From NCBI GenBank assembly GCA_964570505.1, contig CAZMYL010000001.1, forward strand, positions 48,093 through 112,092: a stretch of 64,000 nucleotides of DNA. The letters run 5' to 3'. Position numbers and translations under genes: made by a program. Shown here piece after piece: positions 47,042 through 58,351 of this stretch. This stretch comes from an uncultured Pseudomonadota bacterium (GTDB lineage: Bacteria > Babelota > Babeliae > Babelales > CAIQNR01). Positions within the stretch are counted from its first letter, which is position 1, and each line of letters begins with the position of its first letter. Under the pieces are notes generated by a model that made no database searches, had not been told where the DNA came from, and worked only from the letters and a program-made list of their open reading frames with translations.

Positions 47042-47467
47042 ATGACAATGAATAAAACGTTTTTCTTACGAGTAGAAGATCGTCAGCCAAAATGGCATCT
47101 TATTGATGCAAAAGGTAAAGTATTAGGTAGAATTGCAACAGAAATTGCAGACCTTCTTCGTGGTAAGAATAAGGTTACTTATACACCTCATACAGCAAGT
47201 GGTGATTATGTAGTAGTAATTAATGCTGAGCATGTAGTATTAACTGGTACTAAAATGGATGATAAAACATATATTCGCGTAAGTGGTTATATGGGTGGTA
47301 AAAAAGAAACTGTTGCTAAAGATATGTTAGCAAAACATCCTACTTTTTTGATTCAACATGCTGTTGAAGGTATGTTGCCTAAAAATAGATTAAAAAAGTT
47401 TATAGCAAAATATTTGCGTGTTTATACAGGAACTGAGCATCCTCATGAAGCGCAAATTGGCTTATAA
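47042..47467 (+). CDS. rplM: 50S ribosomal protein L13
   Basis: KWHLIDAKGKVLGRIATEIADLLRGKNK...YVVVINAE, and GMLPKNRL. Confidence 0.96.
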   Translation: MTMNKTFFLRVEDRQPKWHLIDAKGKVLGRIATEIADLLRGKNKVTYTPHTASGDYVVVINAEHVVLTGTKMDDKTYIRVSGYMGGKKETVAKDMLAKHPTFLIQHAVEGMLPKNRLKKFIAKYLRVYTGTEHPHEAQIGL

Positions 47468-47494
47468 TATTTATATTATAGATTTAAAGTCAAA

Positions 47495-47522
47495 GACCCC
47501 TGGTTTTCAGGGGTCTTTTTTT
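47495..47522 (+). terminator. Rho-independent terminator directly after rplM
   Basis: GACCCCTG (47495-47502) / CAGGGGTC (47508-47515), 5-nt loop, then a T run (47516-47522). Confidence 0.8.
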
Positions 47523-47856
47523 ATTTATATAATGAATTTAAAATTTTTAAAATTCTATAAATAGAATAAAAAAGCAGTGTGTAGAGATCGTTAAAGATAT
47601 GAAAAAATTATTATTTAATAGAGATTTAAAATTTGATAATCATTTTTATAAAAGATTATATAGTTCATTGAAGTGGATAATAGAAAAATTTTGTTATTTA
47701 GAGCTAAAAATTTTTTTAAAGGACTTAGAATTTTCATATCTTGTATCAAAATTTTCAGATTAAATTGCTGCATTTGAGGATCAACTTCAAAATTTAAAAT
47801 GGGAGTTGTTTTTGGATAAATATTATATGTCTAGTTAGTTTTAATATTATTTACTA

Positions 47857-47887
47857 TAAAAAAGGTTCTCAATTAAGAACCTTTTTT
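47857..47887. terminator. Bidirectional terminator downstream of rseP
   Basis: AAGGTTCT (47862-47869) / AGAACCTT (47876-47883), 6-nt loop, with A run and T run flanks. It lies about 20 nt beyond the minus-strand rseP stop. Confidence 0.6.
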
Positions 47888-47908
47888 ATATTGAACTAGG
47901 AATTTTAT

Positions 47909-48991
47909 TTAACTAAAAAAAATTCTAATGGTGTCTTGAAATGTTAAATAGATAAAAAGTAAAGCAAATAAGCCTATAGCTATATAACTAATTATTGCTT
48001 GAATTTTTTCATGTATTGGTTTTCCTATAATAGCTTCTATTGTGTAGATAAGAAGATGTCCTCCGTCAAGAATAGGCAGAGGTATTATGTTTAAAACAGC
48101 AAGGCCTACATTTATAAGAACAAGTAATAAAAGTAAAAAAACCATTCCTTTACTAGCGCTATCAATTGCTAAATGTATCATACCTAATGGGCCAGCGAGA
48201 TTTTTTGCTGATTTTTTAATAAAGATATTTTTAATTTGTTTTATATTTTTAATAACAAGCATTTTAAGTAAGGATTCCGCTTGGATTATTGCATGAGTAA
48301 ATGTAGTTGGGTGTATTCCAGAAAAAGCAATATGAATTCCTATTGATCCTTTTGTTTCGTCATCGTTATGCGTATTAAATGTGCAAGGTAACGTGAGTAA
48401 TTCTTTATTTCTTAGGACAATTAAGTTTGCTGTTTTATGAGGATTTTCAGAGATTATTTCTAATAATTTTTCAACATTTTTTTCAACTGATATATTGTCT
48501 ATTGCTATAATTTTATCCCCTTCAATAATTCCAGCTTTATACGCTGCTGAATGAGGAATAACTTTTTCTATTATATGATCTCCTGTTAAAAGAGGGCTTG
48601 CAGGAACCCCTCGCATAGATAATCCAATAAGGAGTAAATATGCAAATATAAGATTAAAAAGAACGCCTCCTGATACAATAATGAATTTTTGCCAGTACTT
48701 TTTTGATTGAATAGTTCTATGATACCCACCAGCTGTTTCAGGATCTTGATCTGCTGCTACATAAGCTCCAACAGGAATAGCTGAAATACAAAAAGTGGTT
48801 TCACCTATTTTTTTACTATAAATTTTTGGGCCCATTCCAATAGAAAATTCAGGAATATGAACATTGAATAATTTTCCAAAAATAAAATGACCAAATTCAT
48901 GAATTGTTATAACGGTTCCTACGCCAAGAACGCCTGCAATTAAATATGGAAGTTTTAGATAGGCTAAAGATAAAATATCAAGTATCATCAT
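47909..48991 (-). CDS. rseP: RIP site-2 metalloprotease (M50, RseP-like) with one PDZ domain
   Basis: HEFGHF zinc motif in TM1, a PDZ-like segment (AAYKAGIIEGDKIIAIDN), and the C-terminal NIIPLPILDGGHL motif. Confidence 0.9.
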   Translation of the reverse strand: MMILDILSLAYLKLPYLIAGVLGVGTVITIHEFGHFIFGKLFNVHIPEFSIGMGPKIYSKKIGETTFCISAIPVGAYVAADQDPETAGGYHRTIQSKKYWQKFIIVSGGVLFNLIFAYLLLIGLSMRGVPASPLLTGDHIIEKVIPHSAAYKAGIIEGDKIIAIDNISVEKNVEKLLEIISENPHKTANLIVLRNKELLTLPCTFNTHNDDETKGSIGIHIAFSGIHPTTFTHAIIQAESLLKMLVIKNIKQIKNIFIKKSAKNLAGPLGMIHLAIDSASKGMVFLLLLLVLINVGLAVLNIIPLPILDGGHLLIYTIEAIIGKPIHEKIQAIISYIAIGLFALLFIYLTFQDTIRIFFS

Positions 48992-49168
48992 TAAGAAATC
49001 CTTAATTAAAGTATTAAAAAAAATTTTTTTAATACTAACAATCTTTTATAGTATCGTCTATGAACTGATTAAGCTGAAAATACGATTGTTATATATAAAG
49101 TTTAATTTTTAAAAATAATTGCATAATCATAAAAAAATTGATGGAGATGATCTTTCCGGTTATTCTTC

Positions 49169-49196
49169 TTGAAAAAAAATAGAAAAAGGGTAAAAT
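49169..49196 (+). promoter_or_regulatory. Candidate sigma70-type promoter for the str-S10-spc block
   Basis: TTGAAA (49169-49174), a 16-nt spacer, then TAAAAT (49191-49196), about 130 nt upstream of the rpsL ATG. Confidence 0.3.
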
Positions 49197-49324
49197 ACCC
49201 ATTGAACCTTTGACAAAGTTTTGTTTAAGCCCTTCAAGGCTGTGGTTATTAAAAATATTCAGAATTAAGGTTTTGTTAGTTTCTTGTGAATTTTAAGGTT
49301 AATTTTTACTGCGAATGGGATAGT

Positions 49325-49708
49325 ATGCCTACAATTAATCAACTCTGCCGAAATGGAAGAGACAAGGTTAAATATAAATCTAAGAGCCCTGCTCTTAAAG
49401 CATGCCCTCAAATTAGAGGTGTATGTACACGTGTTTTTACAACAACTCCTAAAAAACCTAACTCGGCATTGCGTAAAGTTGCTCGTGTTAAGTTAACAAC
49501 AGGAATTGAAGTTACTGCTTATATACCTGGTGAAGGACATAACTTGCAGGAGCACTCTGTTGTTTTAGTTCGTGGTGGTAGAGTAAAAGATTTGCCGGGT
49601 GTTAAATATCATATTGTACGTGGTACGCTTGATGCTTCTGGTGTTGAAAAAAGAAGGCAGTCTCGTTCGCTTTATGGTGCTAAGAGACCTAAAAAAGATT
49701 CTAAGTAA
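49325..49708 (+). CDS. rpsL: 30S ribosomal protein S12
   Basis: MPTINQL...[16 protein letters not shown]...[19 protein letters not shown]. The track start at 49286 adds 13 non-homologous residues. Confidence 0.97.
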   Translation: MPTINQLCRNGRDKVKYKSKSPALKACPQIRGVCTRVFTTTPKKPNSALRKVARVKLTTGIEVTAYIPGEGHNLQEHSVVLVRGGRVKDLPGVKYHIVRGTLDASGVEKRRQSRSLYGAKRPKKDSK

Positions 49709-49719
49709 GGATTTGTTAT

Positions 49720-50202
49720 ATGCCAAGACGTAAGTCAGTTAATTTTAAAAGAGACATTGGGCTTGATTTAAAGTACAACTCTGAATTGGTTCAGAAGTTT
49801 ATCAATGTTGTTATGAAAGAAGGTAAAAAGTCTGTTGCTCGTACCATTGTGTATGAAGCTTTGGATGGCCTTGTTAAAAAAAATAATGGAGATGCGGAAA
49901 AAGGTTTGAAAATGTTTTATAAAGCATTTGAAAATGTTGTTCCGACTATCGAAGTTAGACCTCGCCGTGTTGGTGGTAGCGTATATCAAATCCCAGCTGA
50001 AGTTCGTCCTGCAAGGGCAAATGCTTTGGGGATTCGCTGGTTGATTGCTGCTGCAAGGTCTCGTGCTGATAAAACTATGGGTAAGAGATTGGCTCAAGAG
50101 TTGTTTGAAGCATATGAGGGTCGTGGCGCTGCTGTTAAGAAAAAAGTTGATGTTCATAGAATGGCAGAAGCAAACCGTGCATTCTCCCATTATGCATGGT
50201 AA
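49720..50202 (+). CDS. rpsG: 30S ribosomal protein S7
   Basis: MPRRKS..., [21 protein letters not shown], and C-terminal [10 protein letters not shown]. Confidence 0.97.
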   Translation: MPRRKSVNFKRDIGLDLKYNSELVQKFINVVMKEGKKSVARTIVYEALDGLVKKNNGDAEKGLKMFYKAFENVVPTIEVRPRRVGGSVYQIPAEVRPARANALGIRWLIAAARSRADKTMGKRLAQELFEAYEGRGAAVKKKVDVHRMAEANRAFSHYAW

Positions 50203-50214
50203 GGCGAGGATTTT

Positions 50215-52284
50215 ATGAGCGTTGATTTACGTAAATTTAGAAATATAGGTATTGCTGCTCATATTGATGCAGGTAAGACTACTGTTACAGAACGTATTCT
50301 CTTTTATACAGGCGTTTCTCATAAGATTGGTGAAGTGCATGAAGGGGAAGCGGTTATGGATTGGATGGAGCAAGAGAGAGAGCGAGGGATTACTATTCAA
50401 TCTGCTGCTATTTCTTGTTCTTGGAAGGGTTATCATGTCAACATTATTGATACTCCTGGTCACGTAGATTTTACTATTGAAGTAGGTCGGTCGCTTCGTG
50501 TTCTTGATGGAATGGTTTCTGTGTTTTGTGGTGTTGCAGGTGTGCAGCCTCAGTCAGAAACTGTTTGGAGGCAAGCGACTCGTTACAATGTGCCTTCTAT
50601 TATTTTTGTAAATAAAATGGACCGTATTGGTGCGGATTATTTCAAGGTGGTAAAAGACGTCAATGAGCGATTGAATGGTAATGCTTTGGCTATGCAAATT
50701 CCTATAGGGACCGAAGAAAACTTTAAAGGTATTGTTGATGTTTTGACCAATAAAGCGGTTTTTTATAGTGATGATAAAGGTCTTGATGTTCAGTGGGGGG
50801 ATGTTCCTGCTGAGTATGGGGATCAGGTTGCGGAATTGCGAGATGCAATTATTGCGCGTGCATCAGATTTTGATGATGCGTTGGCTGAAAAATATTTAGA
50901 TGGTAAAGAAATAGAAATTGAAGAGATTAAAGCTGCTCTTCGTAAAGGTGTGTTAAAGCGGGAAGTTTTCCCTGCTTTTTGTGGTACAGCATTCAAAAAC
51001 AAAGGTATTCAGCCTATGTTGGATGCTGTTCTTGATTATTTGCCAAGTCCTTTAGATGTTCCTCCTGTGGTAGGTGAAAATCCTGTTACTGGGGCAGAAG
51101 AAACAAGGGCTCCGGATTCATCAGCTCCTTTTGCTGGATTGGCTTTTAAAATTATGACGGATCCTTTTGTTGGTGTTTTGTCGTATGTTCGTGTTTATTC
51201 GGGTAGTTTGACTGCTGGTTCGTATGTATTAAACGCAACAACCGGTAATAAAGAACGTGTAAGTCGTTTGGTTAGAATGCATTCTAATAAGCGTGAAGAA
51301 ATACAATCTGTTGAAGCGGGTGATATTGTTGCGTTGGTGGGTCTTAAAGATGTTAAAACAGGTGATACTGTAACTGATATTAAAGCTCCTATTTTGCTTG
51401 AAAATATTGATGTTCCAGTTGCTGTTATTTCTTCTTCTGTTGAGCAAAAAGAAAAGGGTGATTATGAAAAGATGATTACAGCTTTGCGTAAGATGACTCA
51501 AGAAGATCCTTCTTTTAAGTTGCTTTATAATGAAGAAACTGGTCAAACAGTTATTTCTGGTATGGGTGAGCTTCATCTTGAAATTCAAGTTGATCGTTTG
51601 CGTCGTGAACATAAAGTTGATGTTGAGCAAGGTAAATTACAGGTTGCTTATAAAGAAACTATTCAGAAGTCAGTTGATATTGAAGGTAAATATATTAAGC
51701 AGTCTGGTGGTCGTGGTCAGTATGGTCACGTTTGGTTAAAGCTTGAGCCTTTAGAAAGAGGTAAGGGTTTTGAATTTGAAAATAAGGTTGTAGGTGGTAC
51801 TATTCCAAAGGAATATATTCCTGCAATTCAAAAAGGGCTTGAAGAAGCTATCACCACAGGTATCCTTGGGGGATTCCCTGTTGTTGATATTAAAGCGTCT
51901 GTTTATGATGGGTCTTATCATGATGTTGACTCTTCAGAAATGGCATTTAAGGTTGCGGCTTCTATGGCTTTAAAGTCGGGTATGAAGATTGCAAATCCTA
52001 CATTACTTGAACCAATTATGAAGGTTGAAGTTGATACTCCAGATGAATACGTTGGTGATGTTATGGGTGACTTAAACTCACGAAGAGGTAGAATTCTTGG
52101 AATGGAAGAAAAATGTAAGGGGCAGCAAGTAATCAGAGCGGAGGTTCCTCTTAACGAAATGTTAGGTGGTTATTCTACTACGCTTCGTTCCTTGACTAAG
52201 GGTCGTGCTAGTTATTCAATGGAATTTGAATGCTATCGAGAGATGCCTAAGAATGTAGAAGAAGAAGTTTTGGGAAAGAAATAA
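50215..52284 (+). CDS. fusA: Elongation factor G
   Basis: [33 protein letters not shown], and domain IV/V blocks. 689 aa. Confidence 0.98.
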   Translation: MSVDLRKFRNIGIAAHIDAGKTTVTERILFYTGVSHKIGEVHEGEAVMDWMEQERERGITIQSAAISCSWKGYHVNIIDTPGHVDFTIEVGRSLRVLDGMVSVFCGVAGVQPQSETVWRQATRYNVPSIIFVNKMDRIGADYFKVVKDVNERLNGNALAMQIPIGTEENFKGIVDVLTNKAVFYSDDKGLDVQWGDVPAEYGDQVAELRDAIIARASDFDDALAEKYLDGKEIEIEEIKAALRKGVLKREVFPAFCGTAFKNKGIQPMLDAVLDYLPSPLDVPPVVGENPVTGAEETRAPDSSAPFAGLAFKIMTDPFVGVLSYVRVYSGSLTAGSYVLNATTGNKERVSRLVRMHSNKREEIQSVEAGDIVALVGLKDVKTGDTVTDIKAPILLENIDVPVAVISSSVEQKEKGDYEKMITALRKMTQEDPSFKLLYNEETGQTVISGMGELHLEIQVDRLRREHKVDVEQGKLQVAYKETIQKSVDIEGKYIKQSGGRGQYGHVWLKLEPLERGKGFEFENKVVGGTIPKEYIPAIQKGLEEAITTGILGGFPVVDIKASVYDGSYHDVDSSEMAFKVAASMALKSGMKIANPTLLEPIMKVEVDTPDEYVGDVMGDLNSRRGRILGMEEKCKGQQVIRAEVPLNEMLGGYSTTLRSLTKGRASYSMEFECYREMPKNVEEEVLGKK

Positions 52285-52318
52285 TTAGTGCTTTTTAGCG
52301 ATTTCAGGAGTATTTGCT

Positions 52319-53503
52319 ATGGCAAAAGATATATTCGAACGTAATAAGCCCCATGTTAATATTGGTACTATTGGTCACGTTGACCACGGTAAAACAACAT
52401 TAACTGCGGCAATTACAAAGGTTTTGTCAGATAGAGGTTTGGCTGATTTTAAAGCGTTTGATCAAATTGACAACGCTCCAGAAGAAAAAGCTCGTGGTAT
52501 TACTATTGCGACTTCTCATGTTGAGTATGAAACAGATAAGCGTCACTATGCACACGTTGATTGTCCTGGTCACGCTGATTATGTAAAAAACATGATTACA
52601 GGTGCTGCTCAAATGGATGGTGCAATTCTTGTTGTGTCAGCTGCGGATGGTCCTATGCCACAAACTCGTGAACATATTCTTCTTGCAAAGAATATTGGTG
52701 TTCCTGCGTTAGTAGTATTTTTAAACAAAGTTGACATGGTTGATGATCCTGACATGGTTGACATGGTTGAAGAAGAAATTCGTGATCTTCTAAAAAAATA
52801 TGATTTTCCAGGGGATACAATTCCAGTTGTTAAAGGTTCTGCATTGCAAGCATTGCAAGGAGTTCCTGCTGGTGTTGAATCAATTAATAAATTAATGGAT
52901 GCTGTTGATGCGTTTATTCCAGATCCTGTTCGTGATATTGATAAGCCATTCTTAATGCCAGTTGAAGGTGTATTTACAATTTCAGGTCGTGGTACAGTTG
53001 CTACTGGTAGAATTGAACGTGGTAAGATTAAAACTGGTGATGATGTTGAAATCATTGGTTTTGGTAAAACATTTAAAACAACAGTAACTGGTGTTGAAAT
53101 GTTTAGAAAAACATTAGACAACGGTGAAGCTGGTGATAATGTTGGTCTTCTTTTGCGTGGTATTAAAAAAGAAGATATTGAACGTGGTATGGTTATTGTT
53201 AAACCTGGTTCAATTACTCCTCATAGAAAGTTTAAAGCTGAAATTTACGTTTTAACTAAAGATGAAGGTGGTCGTCATAGTCCATTTTTCTCTGGGTACC
53301 GTCCTCAATTCTATCTTAGAACTACAGACGTTACAGGTGTTGTAACGCTTGAAGCTGGACGTGAAATGGTAATTCCTGGTGATAACGTTTGTGTTGAAGT
53401 TGAATTGATAGCGCCGATTGCTATGGAAAAAGATCTTCACTTCTCTATTCGTGAAGGTGGAAGAACTGTAGGATCAGGTGTTGTTTCAGAGATCATTCAA
53501 TAA
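52319..53503 (+). CDS. tuf: Elongation factor Tu
   Basis: [41 protein letters not shown]. 394 aa. Confidence 0.99.
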   Translation: MAKDIFERNKPHVNIGTIGHVDHGKTTLTAAITKVLSDRGLADFKAFDQIDNAPEEKARGITIATSHVEYETDKRHYAHVDCPGHADYVKNMITGAAQMDGAILVVSAADGPMPQTREHILLAKNIGVPALVVFLNKVDMVDDPDMVDMVEEEIRDLLKKYDFPGDTIPVVKGSALQALQGVPAGVESINKLMDAVDAFIPDPVRDIDKPFLMPVEGVFTISGRGTVATGRIERGKIKTGDDVEIIGFGKTFKTTVTGVEMFRKTLDNGEAGDNVGLLLRGIKKEDIERGMVIVKPGSITPHRKFKAEIYVLTKDEGGRHSPFFSGYRPQFYLRTTDVTGVVTLEAGREMVIPGDNVCVEVELIAPIAMEKDLHFSIREGGRTVGSGVVSEIIQ

Positions 53504-53511
53504 GGTTTTAA

Positions 53512-53817
53512 ATGAAAAAATCTAAGATTCGTTTGACGCTTAAGTCGTATGATCATCAATTATTAGATAAAGCTGTCAAGACTATATGTTTGACAGCTAA
53601 AAGAACTGGAGCCCAACTTGTGGGCCCAGTTCCTATGCCTAATAGAAAGAAATGTTTTACTGTTCTCCGTTCTCCTCATATTGATAAAGAATCAAGAGAG
53701 CAGTTTGAGTTAACAACGCATTGTCGTGTTTTGGATATAGTTTCTCCATCAGACCAAACAATGGATGCGTTAATGAAATTAAGCATTTCTTCTGGTGTTG
53801 ATGTTGAAATTAAATAA
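53512..53817 (+). CDS. rpsJ: 30S ribosomal protein S10
   Basis: [14 protein letters not shown]...[19 protein letters not shown]. The gene starts 8 nt after tuf. Confidence 0.97.
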   Translation: MKKSKIRLTLKSYDHQLLDKAVKTICLTAKRTGAQLVGPVPMPNRKKCFTVLRSPHIDKESREQFELTTHCRVLDIVSPSDQTMDALMKLSISSGVDVEIK

Positions 53818-53834
53818 ATGAAGGAAGGCTCTTC

Positions 53835-54455
53835 ATGGTAGGTGGTTTTTGGGGAAAAAAGCTTGGTATGACTCAGCTTTTTTCCGATAATAAAGTCGTC
53901 CCTGTGACTGTTATAGATGTTTCTTCTTGGTTTGTTACTGATGTAAAAACTAAAGAAAGAGACGGTTATACTGCAGTTCAGGTTGGGCGAGTAAGAAAGC
54001 GTTTTGAGCAGGAAACCTTCGCTCCTGCATGGTTGAAAGATAAAAAGAAATTCTTTTTGTTTGTTCGAGAAATACCTGTGCAGCATGTAGCGGAAGATAT
54101 AACTATTGGTTCTCAGGCAAATTTTTATAATTTGTTTGCAGAAGGCGAAGTTATTAATGTTACTGGCGTTACTAAAGGTTGTGGATTTGCTGGTGTTGTT
54201 CGTCGTCATGGTTATGCTGGCGGTAGAGGAAGTCATGGTAGCATGATGGGTAAACGTCCCGGATCTATAGGTTTTATTGGTAAAAGCGGTAAAGTTATTA
54301 AAGGTAAAGAATTGCCTGGTCATATGGGTGTTGATAAGGTTACAATGCGTAATTTGCAAATGGTTAAAATTTTGCAAGATCAATGTGTTGTTGCCGTTAG
54401 AGGCTCTGTTCCTGGTAAAGCTGGATCATTAGTTTTTGTGCGCAAGGCGGGGTAA
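53835..54455 (+). CDS. rplC: 50S ribosomal protein L3
   Basis: GFWGKKLGMTQLF, and TKGCGFAGVVRRHGYAGG. Confidence 0.97.
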   Translation: MVGGFWGKKLGMTQLFSDNKVVPVTVIDVSSWFVTDVKTKERDGYTAVQVGRVRKRFEQETFAPAWLKDKKKFFLFVREIPVQHVAEDITIGSQANFYNLFAEGEVINVTGVTKGCGFAGVVRRHGYAGGRGSHGSMMGKRPGSIGFIGKSGKVIKGKELPGHMGVDKVTMRNLQMVKILQDQCVVAVRGSVPGKAGSLVFVRKAG

Positions 54456-54458
54456 GAC

Positions 54459-55112
54459 ATGATAAACAAAAAGATAATGGAATCGAATCTAGCTAATGGT
54501 ACTATTTTAAGTGCTCAAGATTTAGGTATTACTCCAGTAGAAAAAGATCAATATGGTTCGCCAAAGAATTTTTCTGTAGCAATTAGAGTGCTTCTTCAAA
54601 ATTGGCGCCAAGGTACAGTTGCTTGTAAAAATAGAAGTCAAGTTTCAGGGTCAAATAAAAAACCTTGGAAACAAAAAGGAACAGGTCGTGCTCGTGCTGG
54701 TGCTGTGACTTCTCCTATATGGAGAGGTGGTGGGGTTATTTTTGGGCCTCAAGCAAGAGTTAGAAGTCTTAGAGTTTCTAAAAAGCTTTGGAAAGTTGTT
54801 GCTTTAGAGTTACTACATAAAGTTTTAAATAATCAAAGATTATTGGCTCTTAATTGGACATTGGAAGCTGATAAGCCAAATACTAAGCAAGCATATGCGG
54901 CATTAAAAAATGCAGGTATTTCAGGAAATCAGATTAATGTTTTTCTTTCTCCTCAAGATGGAAAGACTGTTGCTTCATTTGTAAATATTCCTAATGTTCG
55001 TGTTGTGTATATGGATGCTCCTAATGCGTATGATTTATCAGATGCGCAATATTGGGTAGTGTTTAATAATAATATGGATGCATTTAAACAGATGGTGACT
55101 CAATGGACATAA
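54459..55112 (+). CDS. rplD: 50S ribosomal protein L4
   Basis: KKPWKQKGTGRARAGAVTSPIWRGGGVIFGP. Confidence 0.96.
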   Translation: MINKKIMESNLANGTILSAQDLGITPVEKDQYGSPKNFSVAIRVLLQNWRQGTVACKNRSQVSGSNKKPWKQKGTGRARAGAVTSPIWRGGGVIFGPQARVRSLRVSKKLWKVVALELLHKVLNNQRLLALNWTLEADKPNTKQAYAALKNAGISGNQINVFLSPQDGKTVASFVNIPNVRVVYMDAPNAYDLSDAQYWVVFNNNMDAFKQMVTQWT

Positions 55113-55459
55113 AAATTTATGATATTATTAAGGGGCCTGTAGTCACCAATAAAGCATATAAAATCAATAATTCATTTAATAAACTAGTTCTTGAAGTTCA
55201 TATGCATGCTAATAAGCCTTTGGTAAAAGAAGCATTAGAAAAGTTATTTGAAGTTAAGGTTGATACAGTAAGAATATTGGTTCGTAAGCCTAAGTTGCGT
55301 TTAGTTAATAGACGTCCGGTTACAGGAAGATATTCTAAAAAAGCTATTGTAACTCTTAAAAAAGGTTACACATTAGATATGTTCAAACAATCATCAGTTA
55401 ATAGTGTTGTAAGAGATCATGTGACAACAAAGACTGTAGCACAGGTTGAACAGGAGTAA
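55103..55459 (+). CDS. rplW: 50S ribosomal protein L23
   Basis: Position between rplD and rplB. IIKGPVVTNKA start and FEVKVDTVRIL block. Confidence 0.93.
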   Translation: MDIKIYDIIKGPVVTNKAYKINNSFNKLVLEVHMHANKPLVKEALEKLFEVKVDTVRILVRKPKLRLVNRRPVTGRYSKKAIVTLKKGYTLDMFKQSSVNSVVRDHVTTKTVAQVEQE

Positions 55460-55465
55460 GCGATT

Positions 55466-56296
55466 ATGACAATTATAACTAGAAAACCAAGAAACGCTTC
55501 CTTACGCTTTCAAACTTTTTTGTCTTCTGAAGATATTACTACAACAACGCCATTAAAAAAGCTTGTTGTAGGTCTTAAAAAAAGTGGTGGACGTAATACT
55601 TATGGTCGTATTACTGTTCGTCATCGTGGCGGTGGAGCTCGTAGGAAATATCGTATTATAGATTTTTCTAGAAGTACGCGAGATGTTGAGGGGATCGTTA
55701 AAACAATAGAATACGATCCAAATCGTAATGTTCGTATTGCATTAGTTGCATATAAAAATGGCGTTCAAAAATATATTCTTCTTCCATTGGGATTGCAAGT
55801 TGGAAGTAAAGTATATGCAGGTGTTGATGTAGAAGCGAAGCCTGGAAATGCAATGCCATTGAGAGTTATACCTGTTGGTTTTACTGTTCATAATGTTGAA
55901 GTAAAACCAGGTTCAGGTGGAACATTTGCTCGTAGCGCTGGAGCTTCTGTGCAATTAATGGCTAAAACTGAAGAACATGCAACATTGCGTATGCCTTCTG
56001 GTGAAATACGTATGGTTCATCTTAATTGTTGGGCGACTATTGGTGAACTTGGTAATGCTGATTATAAAAATATTACATGGGGTAAAGCAGGAAGAACTCG
56101 TCATCTTGGATTTAGATCTTCTGTGCGTGGTATGGCTATGAACCCTGTTGATCACCCACATGGTGGTGGTGAGGGTCGTTCTAAGTCGGGTGCGCATCCG
56201 CAGTCTCCATGGGGTAAAGGTTGTAAGGGTACTAGAACGCGCAAGCGTAAAGATCCTCTGATTTTAAAGAGACGCAAGTCAAAAAAAGATAAATAA
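55466..56296 (+). CDS. rplB: 50S ribosomal protein L2
   Basis: GRNTYGRITVRHRGGG, and VRGMAMNPVDHPHGGGEGRS. Confidence 0.98.
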   Translation: MTIITRKPRNASLRFQTFLSSEDITTTTPLKKLVVGLKKSGGRNTYGRITVRHRGGGARRKYRIIDFSRSTRDVEGIVKTIEYDPNRNVRIALVAYKNGVQKYILLPLGLQVGSKVYAGVDVEAKPGNAMPLRVIPVGFTVHNVEVKPGSGGTFARSAGASVQLMAKTEEHATLRMPSGEIRMVHLNCWATIGELGNADYKNITWGKAGRTRHLGFRSSVRGMAMNPVDHPHGGGEGRSKSGAHPQSPWGKGCKGTRTRKRKDPLILKRRKSKKDK

Positions 56297-56319
56297 TCAA
56301 TAGTGAAAGATAGTGAGCT

Positions 56320-56604
56320 ATGAGTCGATCAACGAGAAAAGGTCCTTTTGTTGATGTTTCTTTGGTACAAAAAATACAAAAAGCAAAAACAGAGAAAAAA
56401 AACGAAGCGGTTAAGACCTGGTCACGCAGAAGCATGGTGATTCCTGAGTTTATTGGGCATACTATCGCAATTCATAATGGTAAGAAATTTGTTTCAGTAT
56501 TTATTACTGAAGATATGGTCGGCCATTATTTAGGTGAATTTTCTCCAACAAGAACATTCAGATTGCATAGTGGTCAGCGTAAAGCTGGGGTTGCTCAAAA
56601 ATAG
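56320..56604 (+). CDS. rpsS: 30S ribosomal protein S19
   Basis: [39 protein letters not shown]. Confidence 0.97.
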   Translation: MSRSTRKGPFVDVSLVQKIQKAKTEKKNEAVKTWSRRSMVIPEFIGHTIAIHNGKKFVSVFITEDMVGHYLGEFSPTRTFRLHSGQRKAGVAQK

Positions 56605-56653
56605 TAATTAGGATACACTAAAAAGCATTATAATAATGAATTTGAGGCGATAA

Positions 56654-57010
56654 ATGCAATTTAAAGCAAGTGCAAAACAAATTCCTGTTTCTCCTTATAA
56701 ATTACGAGCTCTTGTAGACGTAGTTCGTGGGAAAAATGCAACATTTGCATTACAGTGGCTTGCAACTCAGTCGTTAAGGCGAGTTGAACCTATTAAAAAG
56801 GTTTTAGAGTCAGCTGTTGCAAATGCAAAAGATCTTAAAGGAATTGAAAGAAAAGATCTTTTAGTAAAAGATATTCGTGTGGATCAGGGTAGAATATTTA
56901 AATATTTTAAACCTGGTTCATTTGGACGAGCTGCTGCCCAGCGCAGAAGATTCAGTCATATTAGTGTGGTGTTAGAATCAATAGAACAACAACCAGCTAG
57001 AGAGGCTTAG
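56654..57010 (+). CDS. rplV: 50S ribosomal protein L22
   Basis: Synteny, plus [15 protein letters not shown] and [17 protein letters not shown]. Confidence 0.96.
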   Translation: MQFKASAKQIPVSPYKLRALVDVVRGKNATFALQWLATQSLRRVEPIKKVLESAVANAKDLKGIERKDLLVKDIRVDQGRIFKYFKPGSFGRAAAQRRRFSHISVVLESIEQQPAREA

Positions 57011-57011
57011 T

Positions 57012-57644
57012 GTGGGACAAAAGGTAAATCCAAAAGGATTCAGAATTGGGGTTTATAGAGATTGGGATGCTCGTTGGTTTGCTCGCGACGGGTATGGAGT
57101 TCAGCTTTTAGAAGATTTAGCTATACGTAAATTTGTTAATCAAAAATTGCGTAGTGCAGAAGTCGCTCGTGTAGAGATTGAAAAAGCTGGCGATAGTGTT
57201 CGAGTGATTATTCATTCGGGTCGTCCAGGTATAGTAATTGGTAAAAAAGGTCAAGATATTGATGTGCTTCGCAAAGATATTGCAAAGCTTATTAAGAAAA
57301 ATGCAGTGGAAGTTTCTGTACAAGAAGTGAAAGCTCCAGATCTTGATGCTACGCTAGTTGCTAAGAGTATAGCAGAGCAATTGGAAAAACGTTCAAGTTA
57401 TAAGAAGGCTATGAAAAGAGCTTCAGTTTCTGCTGCAAAAGCAGGTGCTAGAGGTATTAAGATTTGCTGTTCTGGTCGTTTGAATGGTGCTGAAATTGCT
57501 CGTTCTGAGTGGTTGCGTGTGGGATCTGTTCCTTTGCATACTCTTCGTGCCGATATTGATTATGGTTTTGCAGAGGCAAATACTACTTATGGCAAAATAG
57601 GTGTCAAAGTTTGGATTAGCCGCGGTGATTATCAGCTTGCATAA
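57012..57644 (+). CDS. rpsC: 30S ribosomal protein S3
   Basis: GTG start. [15 protein letters not shown] domain [14 protein letters not shown], and [13 protein letters not shown]. Confidence 0.97.
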   Translation: MGQKVNPKGFRIGVYRDWDARWFARDGYGVQLLEDLAIRKFVNQKLRSAEVARVEIEKAGDSVRVIIHSGRPGIVIGKKGQDIDVLRKDIAKLIKKNAVEVSVQEVKAPDLDATLVAKSIAEQLEKRSSYKKAMKRASVSAAKAGARGIKICCSGRLNGAEIARSEWLRVGSVPLHTLRADIDYGFAEANTTYGKIGVKVWISRGDYQLA

Positions 57645-57665
57645 GTCGAAGAGGGGTATGATATT

Positions 57666-58127
57666 ATGTTGATGCCAAAAAAGACTAAATATAGAAAGCA
57701 GCAGCGTGGATCGCGCAAAGGACTTTCAAAGGGTTGCCGTACTGTTGCATTTGGTGATTATGGGCTTGAGGTGGTTGATCCTGCTTGGGTTACAGCTCAG
57801 CAAATAGAGTCGATTCGTGTAACAATGGCAAGAAAGTTGAAAAAAGAAGGTTCTTTTTTCATGAGATTGTTTCCAGATAAGCCTGTTACAAAAAAACCAG
57901 CTGAAACTCGTATGGGTAAAGGTAAGGGTAATCCTGAGGTATGGGTTGCTGTTGCAAAGCGCGGCAGGGTTATTTGTGAATTAGGTGGAGTTTCTGAAGA
58001 AAAAGCACGTTTAATATTTGGAATTGTGAAATCAAAGCTTCCTATGAAAACTAAATTTGTTAAGCGAGAATTGTCTGTAGTTCAAGCCGGACAAGAAGTT
58101 AAGAATGAACAAGAGGTTATGCAATGA
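57666..58127 (+). CDS. rplP: 50S ribosomal protein L16
   Basis: [15 protein letters not shown], and [16 protein letters not shown]. Confidence 0.97.
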   Translation: MLMPKKTKYRKQQRGSRKGLSKGCRTVAFGDYGLEVVDPAWVTAQQIESIRVTMARKLKKEGSFFMRLFPDKPVTKKPAETRMGKGKGNPEVWVAVAKRGRVICELGGVSEEKARLIFGIVKSKLPMKTKFVKRELSVVQAGQEVKNEQEVMQ

Positions 58128-58339
58128 AAACAGATATTAATAAAGAGCTAAAAGAATTGTCTAAGGCTGAATTGGAATTGAAGATTGATAATTGGATGCG
58201 CCAGTTATTGAGTCTTAGATTGAGTTCTGTTTCTTCTCATGTAAAAGATTATTCTCAGTTTAAAAAAGTGCGTAAAAATATTGCTAGAGGATTGACTTTT
58301 CTTGGGCAAAAATGTGATTGCGTTTGCGATAGCAAATAG
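58124..58339 (+). CDS. rpmC: 50S ribosomal protein L29
   Basis: 4-nt overlap with rpl[27 protein letters not shown]. Confidence 0.93.
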   Translation: MKTDINKELKELSKAELELKIDNWMRQLLSLRLSSVSSHVKDYSQFKKVRKNIARGLTFLGQKCDCVCDSK

Positions 58340-58351
58340 GGAAGAAATTTG

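Noticed and set aside
49010-49037. AT-only palindrome AGTATTAAAAAAAA/TTTTTTTAATACT upstream of rseP, and similar AT palindromes at about 3880-3930
   Set aside because: Perfect but purely A/T palindromes are expected by chance in spacers this AT-rich. There is no associated conserved motif or repeat elsewhere in the window.
49768-50190. 140-aa minus-strand ORF inside rpsG. Similar antisense or alternative-frame ORFs occur at 50227-50463, 51229-51630, 55955-56197, 57117-57323, 58205-58513, 58737-59117, 59988-60365 and 62153-62353
   Set aside because: All lie within well-supported ribosomal or EF genes on the other strand or frame. They are treated as spurious.
52609-53121. 170-aa minus-strand ORF inside tuf (and the smaller ones at 52427-52612 and 53252-53440)
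   Set aside because: These are antisense shadow ORFs of EF-Tu. Open antisense frames arise by chance opposite strongly codon-biased genes. The sequence is low-complexity S/T/P-rich.
53676-54383. 235-aa minus-strand ORF spanning rpsJ-rplC
   Set aside because: It overlaps two conserved ribosomal protein genes on the opposite strand. Its composition (N/T/F/S-rich) and lack of an RBS indicate a chance open frame.
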